Source of the DNA: a virus
Taxonomy: Duplodnaviria; Caudoviricetes
IMG/VR virus record: IMGVR_UViG_3300014167_000122
Location: 1-45,849 of that record
Reading direction: 5' to 3' (one strand)
Length of the DNA: 45,849 nucleotides
This document shows, piece by piece, positions 9,079 to 18,601 of this stretch; positions within the stretch are counted from its first letter, which is position 1, and every line of letters starts with the position of its first letter. The position numbers and the translations under genes are program-made. Under the pieces are notes generated by a model. That model worked only from the letters and a program-made list of their open reading frames with translations, ran no database searches and was not told where the DNA came from.

Positions 9079-12000
9079 TTCTCGTGCTGGCGCTTTGCGC
9101 CGTGGCTTGCGCTCAAGTCACGATCAAAGGCCAGCTATCCGACAAAGGGCAGCATCAATGGGGGGGCGGCCAGTCCGGCGCCACGCCCGCGGGCTATCCG
9201 CTGTTGCCTATCGTGTTCGTTGATAATGCTGAACTGACCTGCCGCATTTCCGGCGATCCATCGTATCCGTGTCAGACTGGATCGCCTGGGAATAGTCTCA
9301 GCGCGCCGACCACGGTTTACACGCTAACATTGACTTCGGGCGGCGGTACGTGGTCTCCGAGTGTGCCGCCTGGATCGACAACGGGTTCGGCGTGCTCGAC
9401 GCACACGTATCCGAATACTGCGGCAGGGCTGCAGTGCGCGTTTAACGATCTCGAAGCGTACCGCACCAACACGCCGGGAACGTGGCTAAAGCTTCTTGTG
9501 CCGCCCGGGACATACAGCAATACCAACGGCTTCATTTTGCCGCAGACCGCGAGCGCAGTCGCGACCTCGCCTATTATCGTTCGCTCGACGATGGACTCAA
9601 CGCTGGCTGGGATGCCGCAGCCGGTTTGCAATGGTGGAGTGCAGCCAAACCTATCGCAGTCAGTAAATATCGGACTCTCCAACCCATCGTGTGACGGAAA
9701 CAACCTTTCGTATCAGTTGGGTAACACTGTGACGGAAGTAACGCTGAACGGCTCGGCAGCATCAGGAATCACGTTTCCCTATGCGCTGGCCAACGGCACG
9801 AGCTTTGCCAATCTGGCGGCGCTCCAGGCAGCGTACAACTACGCGCAGTACATGCCAGTGCTCGAATGCACTGCGACAACGAACTGCTTCCCTTTGACGG
9901 CGTGCTCGTCAACGGCCAGCATCACATACGTTTGCGCGAACACAACGATCGGCGTCAACAACTGGGAGATTGACGACCTTGCCATTGGAATCGCGCCCGG
10001 CAATCCCGACCCCGAGCCGATTGTTTACACCGGAGGAATCGCAACCTTTACTTCGCTCAACCAGTTTGCCAGCCACTTGCACTTTAACCGGGACTGGGTA
10101 TTCGGGGACTGGCTCGGCAACGCGGCAACGAGCGCAGGACTATCGGCTGGGACCAATAACGTTTCGGATGCCATCAACCTGTCCGGCTGTGCGTACTGCT
10201 CGGTTGGAAACACCAGCTTCAGCGGCATCCTTCGGCCAGGTGGCGAAGGACACGCAGTCTTGAACCAGGGCTATCAGACGAAGATCTACAACATTTGGGA
10301 TGAGTGCTGCTCGTCCTCATACTTTGCAGGCGGCTTCTCGAACGCGCCGCCTTTGAATTATGTGCCGTCAACGGATGTGGAGATTGGTCCTGCGCATCTT
10401 GGCTTTCCTTTTGGATGGCTTGGATTCCAGTGCAGCGGTGCGTCAAACACGGTACAAGATCTCGGCAATGCGTGCTGGAATCTTCCAGACAGCAACTACT
10501 ACTGGGGCGGGGCGGGAGACAATTATCCAGTCACCGCGACCTCGATTAGCTCGGCCAGTGTAAGCGGCACAACGGTAACTATCAACCTGCCCGGCAGCGT
10601 GAATGTTGGGACCGGCCAGAACATCATTGCTATCAGCGGCCTCGTTGCATCCAACGCGCCGACAGGGGGCTGTAACGGAACGTACACCGTCACATCATCG
10701 AGTGCCGGCTCTTTCCAATACACTGACTCGAATTGCTCTGGCACGATCACAATGAGCGGATCGGCTGCGGCAACGCTGGCTAATCCTGTATGCAATCCCA
10801 CGCCAGGCACCGGGGTAACCTGCGTGAACGTCGACGGAAGCGGCAACGTCACTTATGTGAGTGGGCCCGTATTCCACGACAACAACACCAGTTGGAACGT
10901 TGGAACCAAGACCGTTCTCATCAACAACGATGGCACAAAGTACCATATCGCGTCGATTACCGGCGGACCTTGCACGGCTTGGCCAGCCTCGACTGGATGT
11001 CCGACTCTTCTGACGCTAACCACTGTTCCAACCGGGGCTCCGCTGACGAATGTGCCGTTTGTTTTTAACTCGCCTTCGATCGTGCGCAAGAATGGCTTTG
11101 AATTGAAAGAGACTGAGCGCATGGTGGTCTACGGCGTTCATATTCAGAACGTTGACCAGTCCGGCGGCCAGTCCGGTGTAGCCATGACCATCAACACGCG
11201 CAACAACTCGGGCGGCGGCTTCGGCACCAACTACCAATCGCAGATCAATAACCTGCTTTTCACCAATTCGATGACGGATACGACCTGTGAGGGAATTGGT
11301 GTTGACGCGCGCTCGGCTGGCTCGGGCAATGGCGGCGGCGTTTCCTACCCGATGTACAACATCTGGTTCAAGAACATCCTGCAATTCGGCTTGACCAACA
11401 AAAACAATGTAGGATGCGGGACCAACTCGGCAGGCTTTGATAGCAGCGTAGGCAATCAGCAGTGGACCGGCACGGTCACAGAGAATGGAACCGGGACGGC
11501 CGCAACCTTTGTAGCCACGATCGGCATTGACCCGGCGGCGGGTGGCGCTTGCAACGGTGGATGCAATATGGAATCGGAGTCAATCTCCGCGCCATCGTCC
11601 TCGACGACCACGACCGCATCCATCACGACCTCGACCGCAAACACGTACATCTCCGGGGAAACAGTTAACTTTGTCAACATCAATGGAGGCGGGACTTGTC
11701 TTGAAGGGCAGGCCGGCGTAATCACATCAACCGGCAACCCGTTCACAGTTAACAGTCTGAACAGTTGCACGCTGACCATCACCAGTGGCACAGTGCAAGG
11801 CCCGGTTGGCTTTCAGACATTCAACATTATGGGCGGGACGCCTGCCTACGTCTACAACTGCGGTAACTCGGCGTTCAACATGGGAACGCAGACCATCGGC
11901 TCTTTCACAGTTGCGGCCGCCGTGGGCACGTCGACCAACCCGCTGATGACGATTGGGTCATCGACTTGGACCGGAACATGGTCGGCGCCTAATACGACAG

Positions 12001-12767
12001 TCACATATCCCTGGACCGCAGCCGCGAACGCATCGACAACCTGCACGCTGACAAACATCGTTGGCAACCCGAATAATCTTCTGGTTACCAACATGACGGA
12101 AATCACCGACAACAATCAGCCGTTTGGTGAAGGACCAGCGCTCTCGCCTGGGGGCCCAACCTTCGGCATGAATATGCTGCTTCGGGATTCGATCATTGTG
12201 GGCAAGACGGCCTCGCAGTTGTCCGCGTCCGGATGGTACAACTCATCGCCCAACGTTGAAGGCATGCCGAATCAGGCCACATGCACGCCGCCAAACTGCT
12301 ACGGCACAGAGAATTTCAATTACGACTTCCACACCATGACGACCGATCACATGGTTTGGCCCGGGCGCACCAACACGCTTTATGTGGAACTCGGCAACAA
12401 CCCAAACTTCCCTGATTCCGCGGGATGTAGCGGCAATGGGTGCACTCCGCCATCAACGCTTTACTTCCCGGCAACGCCTTGGTGTACCGGGAGCACGCCA
12501 ACATCTGCATGCGTCGGTTTTGTGGGCGTTCTGAGTGCATCGTCTATGCCGCTGAATCCGCCATCTGGCGATTATCACAACTATGGACTGTGCAGCGGCG
12601 CCGCAGGATTTTACTCCTGCAGCAGCACGGCCAGCACATTTCATAACGCATCGAGCACCGGCGGCGATATTGGCGCGATCATTCCAAACATTGATTCAGC
12701 GATGACCACAACGCAGTTCGTTTGTCCGTACTACTGCGCGGGCCCAGGACCATTCAAGGACTTCTAA
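9063..12767 (+). CDS. Secreted Cys-rich beta-helix/tailspike-like protein
   Basis: GGAG about 10 nt upstream of TTG 9063; MVRQLVLVLALCAVACA|QV; LQCAFND...LLVPPGTY opening typical of pectate-lyase-like beta-helices; many Cys pairs. Confidence 0.65.
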   Translation: MVRQLVLVLALCAVACAQVTIKGQLSDKGQHQWGGGQSGATPAGYPLLPIVFVDNAELTCRISGDPSYPCQTGSPGNSLSAPTTVYTLTLTSGGGTWSPSVPPGSTTGSACSTHTYPNTAAGLQCAFNDLEAYRTNTPGTWLKLLVPPGTYSNTNGFILPQTASAVATSPIIVRSTMDSTLAGMPQPVCNGGVQPNLSQSVNIGLSNPSCDGNNLSYQLGNTVTEVTLNGSAASGITFPYALANGTSFANLAALQAAYNYAQYMPVLECTATTNCFPLTACSSTASITYVCANTTIGVNNWEIDDLAIGIAPGNPDPEPIVYTGGIATFTSLNQFASHLHFNRDWVFGDWLGNAATSAGLSAGTNNVSDAINLSGCAYCSVGNTSFSGILRPGGEGHAVLNQGYQTKIYNIWDECCSSSYFAGGFSNAPPLNYVPSTDVEIGPAHLGFPFGWLGFQCSGASNTVQDLGNACWNLPDSNYYWGGAGDNYPVTATSISSASVSGTTVTINLPGSVNVGTGQNIIAISGLVASNAPTGGCNGTYTVTSSSAGSFQYTDSNCSGTITMSGSAAATLANPVCNPTPGTGVTCVNVDGSGNVTYVSGPVFHDNNTSWNVGTKTVLINNDGTKYHIASITGGPCTAWPASTGCPTLLTLTTVPTGAPLTNVPFVFNSPSIVRKNGFELKETERMVVYGVHIQNVDQSGGQSGVAMTINTRNNSGGGFGTNYQSQINNLLFTNSMTDTTCEGIGVDARSAGSGNGGGVSYPMYNIWFKNILQFGLTNKNNVGCGTNSAGFDSSVGNQQWTGTVTENGTGTAATFVATIGIDPAAGGACNGGCNMESESISAPSSSTTTTASITTSTANTYISGETVNFVNINGGGTCLEGQAGVITSTGNPFTVNSLNSCTLTITSGTVQGPVGFQTFNIMGGTPAYVYNCGNSAFNMGTQTIGSFTVAAAVGTSTNPLMTIGSSTWTGTWSAPNTTVTYPWTAAANASTTCTLTNIVGNPNNLLVTNMTEITDNNQPFGEGPALSPGGPTFGMNMLLRDSIIVGKTASQLSASGWYNSSPNVEGMPNQATCTPPNCYGTENFNYDFHTMTTDHMVWPGRTNTLYVELGNNPNFPDSAGCSGNGCTPPSTLYFPATPWCTGSTPTSACVGFVGVLSASSMPLNPPSGDYHNYGLCSGAAGFYSCSSTASTFHNASSTGGDIGAIIPNIDSAMTTTQFVCPYYCAGPGPFKDF

Positions 12768-14033
12768 ATGCGAACTGAAACAATAACCGCGTTGCTTGTT
12801 GCAGTTGGCATGGCGCTGATCGCGTTGCTGGCTTTGAGCCAGATGTCGCATGGCCAACTTGTCGTGTCCTCGACAACAGCCGAATGTGGAACCAGCAACG
12901 ATGGATCAGTTGTCGGCGTACCGAATCCAGCCTTTCCGCCAGCAGTCAATGTGGGATACACGGGAACGCTTCCGCCCAACAACTACTTTGTAGAAATCGC
13001 GTGGTACGATGCCGCGGCGCACGTCACGCTTATCAGTCCAGAAGTGCAAGTACAGTTGACCGGAAGCGGCCAGATCCAGGTACTTCCGCCGCAGAACGGA
13101 ATGCCGGCTAATGCGGCGGGATCGCAGGTATTCATTGGGACAAGTTCTGGCGGCGAGACCTTGCAGGGCAGCACGACCGGTTCAGCCACGTTTGTGCAGT
13201 CTGGTCCGCTGGCTTCTGGTGCGGCGCCACCAACAGCGAACACAACTCTTTGCCAAGTCATTGCCAACGATTCAGGATGGCCGACAGGCACCGGCTACAA
13301 CGTCACGATTACCAACCCATCCGGCAACACCGTGCCTGGCTATCCTATGCAATGGCAGTTGCTTGGGCCCGGCTTGACGCTGAATCTTTCGCAGGGCTTG
13401 CCGCTCTATAACGGCACGGTTACCTATCCAATACCGATTCTCGCGCGCCCTTACAATCACGCGCCGCAAAGTATCAATGGTCCGCTGAACCTGCAGAATT
13501 ACAACCTGACAGCCGGCGCCGCACAGTTTTCGGGACTGGTGCAGTTGCTCGACGGTGGCGTGTTTGCCGGCTCGTTTTCTGGGACTCCGACATTCTCCTA
13601 CATCAACTTTACGACTGGCATCCAGTTTCAAGGATCCTTTGGAACGGCTGGCAACTGCGTAGTCAGTACCGGCTCTGGCGCGGGCTGGTCATCGTCGTGT
13701 GGCGTAGGTGGGGCTCCGACAATCACTGCTGGCTTTGCGGCCGGCACTGGGCCGTCGCTTTCCCTGTTGACCGGCAGTGCGGATAAAGCTGGGCGCATTT
13801 CGCTCACGACCGGCACCAGTCCCACGGTTGACGTGCTTCTGACTGTCACGTTCAGCACACCATTTTCGACGGCAAGTTTCTGCACGGTTTCGCCTGGAGA
13901 TCCTACCGCTTCGGCGGCGCTCTCGAATATCTACGTGAACTCCGGCACTGGCTCATTCCAGATTTACACGACTGGTTCCCCACTGGCAGCCGGAACAGGC
14001 TATCAATGGAACTACGTTTGTAATGGTCATTGA
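12768..14033 (+). CDS. Secreted fibre-like protein with Ig-like insert and C-terminal beta-sandwich tip
   Basis: Abuts upstream stop; hydrophobic N-terminus ending SHG|QL; C-terminal VTFSTPFST...WNYVC motif. Confidence 0.65.
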   Translation: MRTETITALLVAVGMALIALLALSQMSHGQLVVSSTTAECGTSNDGSVVGVPNPAFPPAVNVGYTGTLPPNNYFVEIAWYDAAAHVTLISPEVQVQLTGSGQIQVLPPQNGMPANAAGSQVFIGTSSGGETLQGSTTGSATFVQSGPLASGAAPPTANTTLCQVIANDSGWPTGTGYNVTITNPSGNTVPGYPMQWQLLGPGLTLNLSQGLPLYNGTVTYPIPILARPYNHAPQSINGPLNLQNYNLTAGAAQFSGLVQLLDGGVFAGSFSGTPTFSYINFTTGIQFQGSFGTAGNCVVSTGSGAGWSSSCGVGGAPTITAGFAAGTGPSLSLLTGSADKAGRISLTTGTSPTVDVLLTVTFSTPFSTASFCTVSPGDPTASAALSNIYVNSGTGSFQIYTTGSPLAAGTGYQWNYVCNGH

Positions 14034-14077
14034 TTCGCCCGCACCGCCCTCAAGGAAATTCAGAAGGAGGATTGACG

Positions 14078-14455
14078 ATGGCCCTTAAATATGGGGATGC
14101 AGTCGTTTATATCAAGAAGTCGCCCGATGGCAAAATCAGCCGGGTGAATGCGATCGTGCTCAGTTCGGCGCTTCGAGTGCCGACGACAGCCGACCGGAAA
14201 CCAGTCAAAGGCGCTTCACTAGTCGAACACGTTGACCTGGCCTTTCCCGAAAATGTAGGCCAGATTCTCAAGGTTCGGCACATGGATGCGATCTTCAAGC
14301 CGGCTTACGATCAAGCACCGTGGGCCGAAGGCAAACACAGTGGATGGGAACCGGCCAGCGCGGCCGCCGTCGCGGGCTACCAGACGCGCATCGCGGAACT
14401 CGAAGCGGAACTCGAAGCATCCGCGGCCGCCGCAGAGGAAAAGAAAAAGAAGTAG
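14078..14455 (+). CDS. Hypothetical cytoplasmic protein with C-terminal coiled coil
   Basis: AAGGAGG RBS before ATG 14078; RIAELEAELEA...KKKK. Confidence 0.7.
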   Translation: MALKYGDAVVYIKKSPDGKISRVNAIVLSSALRVPTTADRKPVKGASLVEHVDLAFPENVGQILKVRHMDAIFKPAYDQAPWAEGKHSGWEPASAAAVAGYQTRIAELEAELEASAAAAEEKKKK

Positions 14456-14534
14456 CCAGTTCTCGCATTCAGCCGAAGGCATCACGCCTTTGATTATCAA
14501 GCACTCTCAAATTCCGATGAACAGGAGAAACCAG

Positions 14535-16184
14535 ATGACGCAGAAACTCTTCAATGTGAAAGCAGTGGCGATTGTCGCGCTGCTCGCTCTCGTTAGCCTG
14601 TGCGCCTTCGCGCAAGGGCCATCGAGCTACCCTCCGACCTGGGTATACGCCCGGGCATACAACGGCTGGAACGTGATCGGCCAGCAAGCCTCAACCTACA
14701 CCTTTAATGGTGCCGTGTGCTACTACTCGCCTTACAACAATGGCCAGTCCGCTCCAATCTTCGATTTCGGCGCATACCAAGGTGCGACCTACGTTTACAA
14801 CCCGGTATTCATTCAGGACGCTAACACCGCTCTGAACGAAATCGTCACGCCAACATCGGTGACCAACGGCACATCGTCTTGCGGCTTCGCGGCTACCACG
14901 GCTAACTCGCATGCCAGTTTCGTACTCAGTTCTGGTACGGCTGGATTGCAGGAAGCGATTACCGCGCAGTTGCAGACCACACCGGCGTTTGTCGTTGTTC
15001 TCGACAAATACTGGTATCAGTTGGTGGCGGCCTTCCCGTCGACGACCACGCCGCAGTCGATCATTGCCGCGGCAACTGGTACGGCGAACGTCTACATCGT
15101 GGACACGACCACATCTCCGTGGCAGTTCTACTCGTGGAATGGCTCCAAGTACGTGCCAACGTCCTCGACTGGCGGTATTCCGTTTACCAGCCTGACGGCA
15201 ATCTCCGTGCCGGTTGCGCTAACGACCGTGGCGGCGACTTGCGCCACCAATGGCGGCGGTTGCATCTCGACTGCTACCACTGGCGGAACCATCCCCGCGT
15301 CTGGGGCGTACACGTTGGGCGCGACCTACGTGACCGCTTTGGGTGGAGAGACCACGCTCTCAACCGATACCGCGTCTGGTGCGACGGTGACGGTAGGCTC
15401 GACGGCTACCAACACCATCACGGTAACCTCTCCGGCCGCCGAAACCGGTGCAGTCGGCTGGCGTCTTTACATGACGGCAGCGAGCGGCGCCAGCCTTTCA
15501 GAAATCCTTTATGCCTCTTCGTGCGCTTCGGCCTCGACTGGGCAGATTGTTCTGAATGGCGTGTGTGCAATCGGATCCAGCGCAACCATTACCGCGATCG
15601 TCACTGGCACTGCAACCGTGCCGGCGAACAACACCGCGTTCCCGGTCGCGTCTGGTTCGACCTCGCCGCTGCAGAACCTTGTCAGCTATCCGCCGTTCCC
15701 CGACCAGGGCACGGTCACGACAACCACCGTTCAGCAGCTTGGCGCGGTGAACTTTGCCACTGGCTTCCTGAACAGCCTCGGCCGTCATATCAAACTGCAC
15801 GGTACTGGTTACGCAACTACCAACTCGACGACCGGCACCTTGACGTTTGCGGTGAAGCTGGCTAGCGTTCCCGGTGTTACCACGGTGACGCCGTTCACGG
15901 CAGTCAGCGGGACAACGACCGGCTCGGCGGTAGTCAACTTCACGTTCGATGTGGATATGACAACTGACGTAATCGGTTCGTCCGGCAAACTGGAAACCCA
16001 CGGCACGGTCTGCTACAACCTGGCAGGCACGGCAGTGTGTACGCCAGCGCAGGATCTCATCATCGCCAACGGTTCCGCGATCGACCTCACCAAGCAGGAC
16101 CAGTTGGAGTTCTTCCTCACTCCCACAACGACCGGCACAACTCACTTACAGTTGCGTCAGTTGACCGTCCAAGTCCTGCAGTAG
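14535..16184 (+). CDS. Secreted Thr/Ala-rich putative structural protein
   Basis: AGGAG RBS before ATG 14535; AIVALLALVSLCAFA|QG signal peptide; Ig-like GETTLS module. Confidence 0.7.
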   Translation: MTQKLFNVKAVAIVALLALVSLCAFAQGPSSYPPTWVYARAYNGWNVIGQQASTYTFNGAVCYYSPYNNGQSAPIFDFGAYQGATYVYNPVFIQDANTALNEIVTPTSVTNGTSSCGFAATTANSHASFVLSSGTAGLQEAITAQLQTTPAFVVVLDKYWYQLVAAFPSTTTPQSIIAAATGTANVYIVDTTTSPWQFYSWNGSKYVPTSSTGGIPFTSLTAISVPVALTTVAATCATNGGGCISTATTGGTIPASGAYTLGATYVTALGGETTLSTDTASGATVTVGSTATNTITVTSPAAETGAVGWRLYMTAASGASLSEILYASSCASASTGQIVLNGVCAIGSSATITAIVTGTATVPANNTAFPVASGSTSPLQNLVSYPPFPDQGTVTTTTVQQLGAVNFATGFLNSLGRHIKLHGTGYATTNSTTGTLTFAVKLASVPGVTTVTPFTAVSGTTTGSAVVNFTFDVDMTTDVIGSSGKLETHGTVCYNLAGTAVCTPAQDLIIANGSAIDLTKQDQLEFFLTPTTTGTTHLQLRQLTVQVLQ

Positions 16185-16197
16185 CCAGCAATTCAGA

Positions 16198-16236
16198 GCG
16201 TACCGGGCTGCGAATCGTGCGGCTCGGTACGCCTTT
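16198..16236 (+). terminator. Putative intrinsic terminator or attenuating hairpin
   Basis: GCGTACCGGGCTGC / GCGGCTCGGTACGC 14-bp stem with G-U pairs, followed by only CTTT. Confidence 0.55.
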
Positions 16237-16258
16237 GGATAGAAGGGAGGAAACCTTT

Positions 16259-18601
16259 ATGAAATTGCGGCTATTGCTTTTACTGGTGTTTACAGGGATC
16301 GCTCTAGGTCAAACAGTTGGACCTGGCTCGGCTACTGGAACCATCACGGCAAACAGTCAGTGCGTGTCCATCAACGTTGACCCGCGCGCTTCGTCGACGG
16401 TCTCAATCAATGTCAGCGGAACGTGGTCGGCAACATTGCAGCCAGAAGCAAGCATTGCCGGACAGACAGCCAACAACGTTCAGGTTACGCCGTCGACTTC
16501 AAGCACCGCGCAGGCAACCATCACGACAAACGGTCTTTATTGGGGCGCGGCGGCCGGCGTCGATCTGTTCAAAGTCTGCTCAACCTCATACGCCAGCGGC
16601 ACGGCAACGGTAGTGCTTACCGTCACAACGGGCGTTGCGTCGAATATTCTCGGTAGTGGCGGTGGTGGTGGATCGCCGGGTGGTTCTAACGGGCAAGTCC
16701 AGTTCAACAATTCCGGGTCGTTCGGCGGAGCATCAGGGCTGACGTTCGCCAGTAACGCTTTGACCGGATGGAACACGACCTATCCATACGGCTACGCTTC
16801 CAATGGGGTAGCTGGAAAGATTACAACTTCTGAAGGCCAATCCGTATCTGGCGATTTCAACTACGGGGAACAAGCGGGAACTCAAGGCGGGGCGTGTCCG
16901 GCGAGTGCTGCGACAACGGTAAGTGTTACGAATGGAAGCAAGACGGTAACCTATGTCTCGGGTACGAACTTTGCCACTGGAACTATTGGATCAAGCTACA
17001 ACTGGATCGGCCAGTGGATTCAGATTGGCGGAGTATCGTACCAAGTATCTAGCGTCGCTGGCGCAACATCTACCCTGCAACTGGCTACCAACTATGCCGG
17101 GACCACATCAGGCAGCGCGGCATTGACTTATGGCTCGACAGTTGGAGACACATCCGACCATGTTCATTTTTTGGCGTGGAATGGTTCTGGGCCTGGGCAA
17201 GCGGAAAACTCCAATTTGCAGTTCTACTTTGGCGATCAGTGGGAATATAACTGGTGCGCTGGTGCGGGTGACGCTTCGATGGAGCGCCACATGGAAGCCG
17301 TTCTGCCAGATGGGGTAGGCGGAACATACCTTTACCGCCCATTCTTCGTGGACGTTTTCAAAACGGCGAACACAGCAGGGTCAACGCATGTGGGCTTTAC
17401 GCACATGAACCTGAATGCCGATAACTTTACACTGGGCAGCATAACCAGTCTCGGATCACACACGGCGACGAACTACATTAGTGCCAGCCCTACGTTGGTA
17501 ACAATTTCCCCGTCCACAAATTTCAACAATTCTATTGCTGAAAACAACGCTGGAAATGCCAACGCCGGTATCACGATGGGTACAGAATCAGGGCAGTTCG
17601 GGGGATCGACTAATTCAATCGTTTTCCACGCAGGTGGTGCTTCTGGTATCTCGGCGGTGACAACGACGTGTTCTACGTCCGGCATTTTTCAATTTCCCGC
17701 TGCGGGGGCTGACGGATTCTACTGTGACGGCGCACACTATCAGTTCCTTGGGTATGCTGGGTTGAATGCTGTTGGCCTGCACGCTACGGCAAGCGGTCCT
17801 CTAACTAATCCGTACATCTTCATACCAAACGGATCAAATTCAGGTCTCAACGTTGCCCTAACGTATAGTAGCCCAACGAATTGGTCCGGCTGGTTTGTGA
17901 GTAGCAACGGGACGAGCGGAGCAACCGGCTATAACTACTTGTCGAATCGTGGCGGCGGTAGCACACTAACAGACGGTCACGTTGGAACTGATACCGGAGT
18001 AACGCTCCACGTCGCTGACGGCAACACGGACATGATTACGGGGGATGGCTCCGGTGATCCAAACCTCCTCAACACTGTCAAATTTCATGGCACGTCTGGC
18101 GTCACCGCGGGCTCATTCTCCGCGATCACCGCTATCGCAACTACCGCAGGCGGCGTCACAACTCTTACCGGATCATCCGACGCCAGGCTCAAGACCGATA
18201 TTCATTCATTCGATAAAGGCTTACTCGCCATACTAGGACTTCATCCCTCGGTCTACGGCTGGAACGATATCGGACAAAAGATTACCGGGTTCGGCGCGGC
18301 AGAGCGCCACGCCGGATTCATCGCGCAGGACGTGCAGAAGTCAATCCCCGAAGCGGTTGGCGAGGAAACGCATTGCGACCTCGACCCGCACTCGCACGGC
18401 AAAAAGGGATTGAAACTCAAAGGGTGCGAGGCGACCACCGACTACCTCACGATTGCCGACCGGCCAATTCTCGCGGCTACGGTAACGGCAGTACAGAGTC
18501 TCTTTAAGATTTATGTGTTCGTCAGTCTCATCCTGATGGCCGCGTTAATCTGCGGTTTCGTCGTTCTCCTGAACAGGATTAAGCAACTCGAAGGAAAGTA
18601 A
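16259..18601 (+). CDS. Fibre protein with signal peptide, peptidase S74 intramolecular chaperone and C-terminal TM helix
   Basis: GGGAGG RBS; MKLRLLLLLVFTGIALG|QT; PGGSNGQVQFNNSGSFGG fibre motif; SDARLKTDI...GFIAQDV...PEAV (S74); IYVFVSLILMAALICGFVVLL. Confidence 0.85.
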   Translation: MKLRLLLLLVFTGIALGQTVGPGSATGTITANSQCVSINVDPRASSTVSINVSGTWSATLQPEASIAGQTANNVQVTPSTSSTAQATITTNGLYWGAAAGVDLFKVCSTSYASGTATVVLTVTTGVASNILGSGGGGGSPGGSNGQVQFNNSGSFGGASGLTFASNALTGWNTTYPYGYASNGVAGKITTSEGQSVSGDFNYGEQAGTQGGACPASAATTVSVTNGSKTVTYVSGTNFATGTIGSSYNWIGQWIQIGGVSYQVSSVAGATSTLQLATNYAGTTSGSAALTYGSTVGDTSDHVHFLAWNGSGPGQAENSNLQFYFGDQWEYNWCAGAGDASMERHMEAVLPDGVGGTYLYRPFFVDVFKTANTAGSTHVGFTHMNLNADNFTLGSITSLGSHTATNYISASPTLVTISPSTNFNNSIAENNAGNANAGITMGTESGQFGGSTNSIVFHAGGASGISAVTTTCSTSGIFQFPAAGADGFYCDGAHYQFLGYAGLNAVGLHATASGPLTNPYIFIPNGSNSGLNVALTYSSPTNWSGWFVSSNGTSGATGYNYLSNRGGGSTLTDGHVGTDTGVTLHVADGNTDMITGDGSGDPNLLNTVKFHGTSGVTAGSFSAITAIATTAGGVTTLTGSSDARLKTDIHSFDKGLLAILGLHPSVYGWNDIGQKITGFGAAERHAGFIAQDVQKSIPEAVGEETHCDLDPHSHGKKGLKLKGCEATTDYLTIADRPILAATVTAVQSLFKIYVFVSLILMAALICGFVVLLNRIKQLEGK

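Noticed and set aside
14286-14534. Upstream-extended starts in the ORF track (also 3924, 8997, 16037, 20189, 21479, 30457, 37063, 39755)
   Set aside because: Overlap upstream genes or terminators; downstream starts have an RBS or stop-start coupling, and several expose the signal peptides
460-18601. Host adhesin island or diversity-generating retroelement target
   Set aside because: Co-oriented and continuous with the phage late genes and shares modules with tail genes; no reverse transcriptase or near-identical TR/VR pair seen
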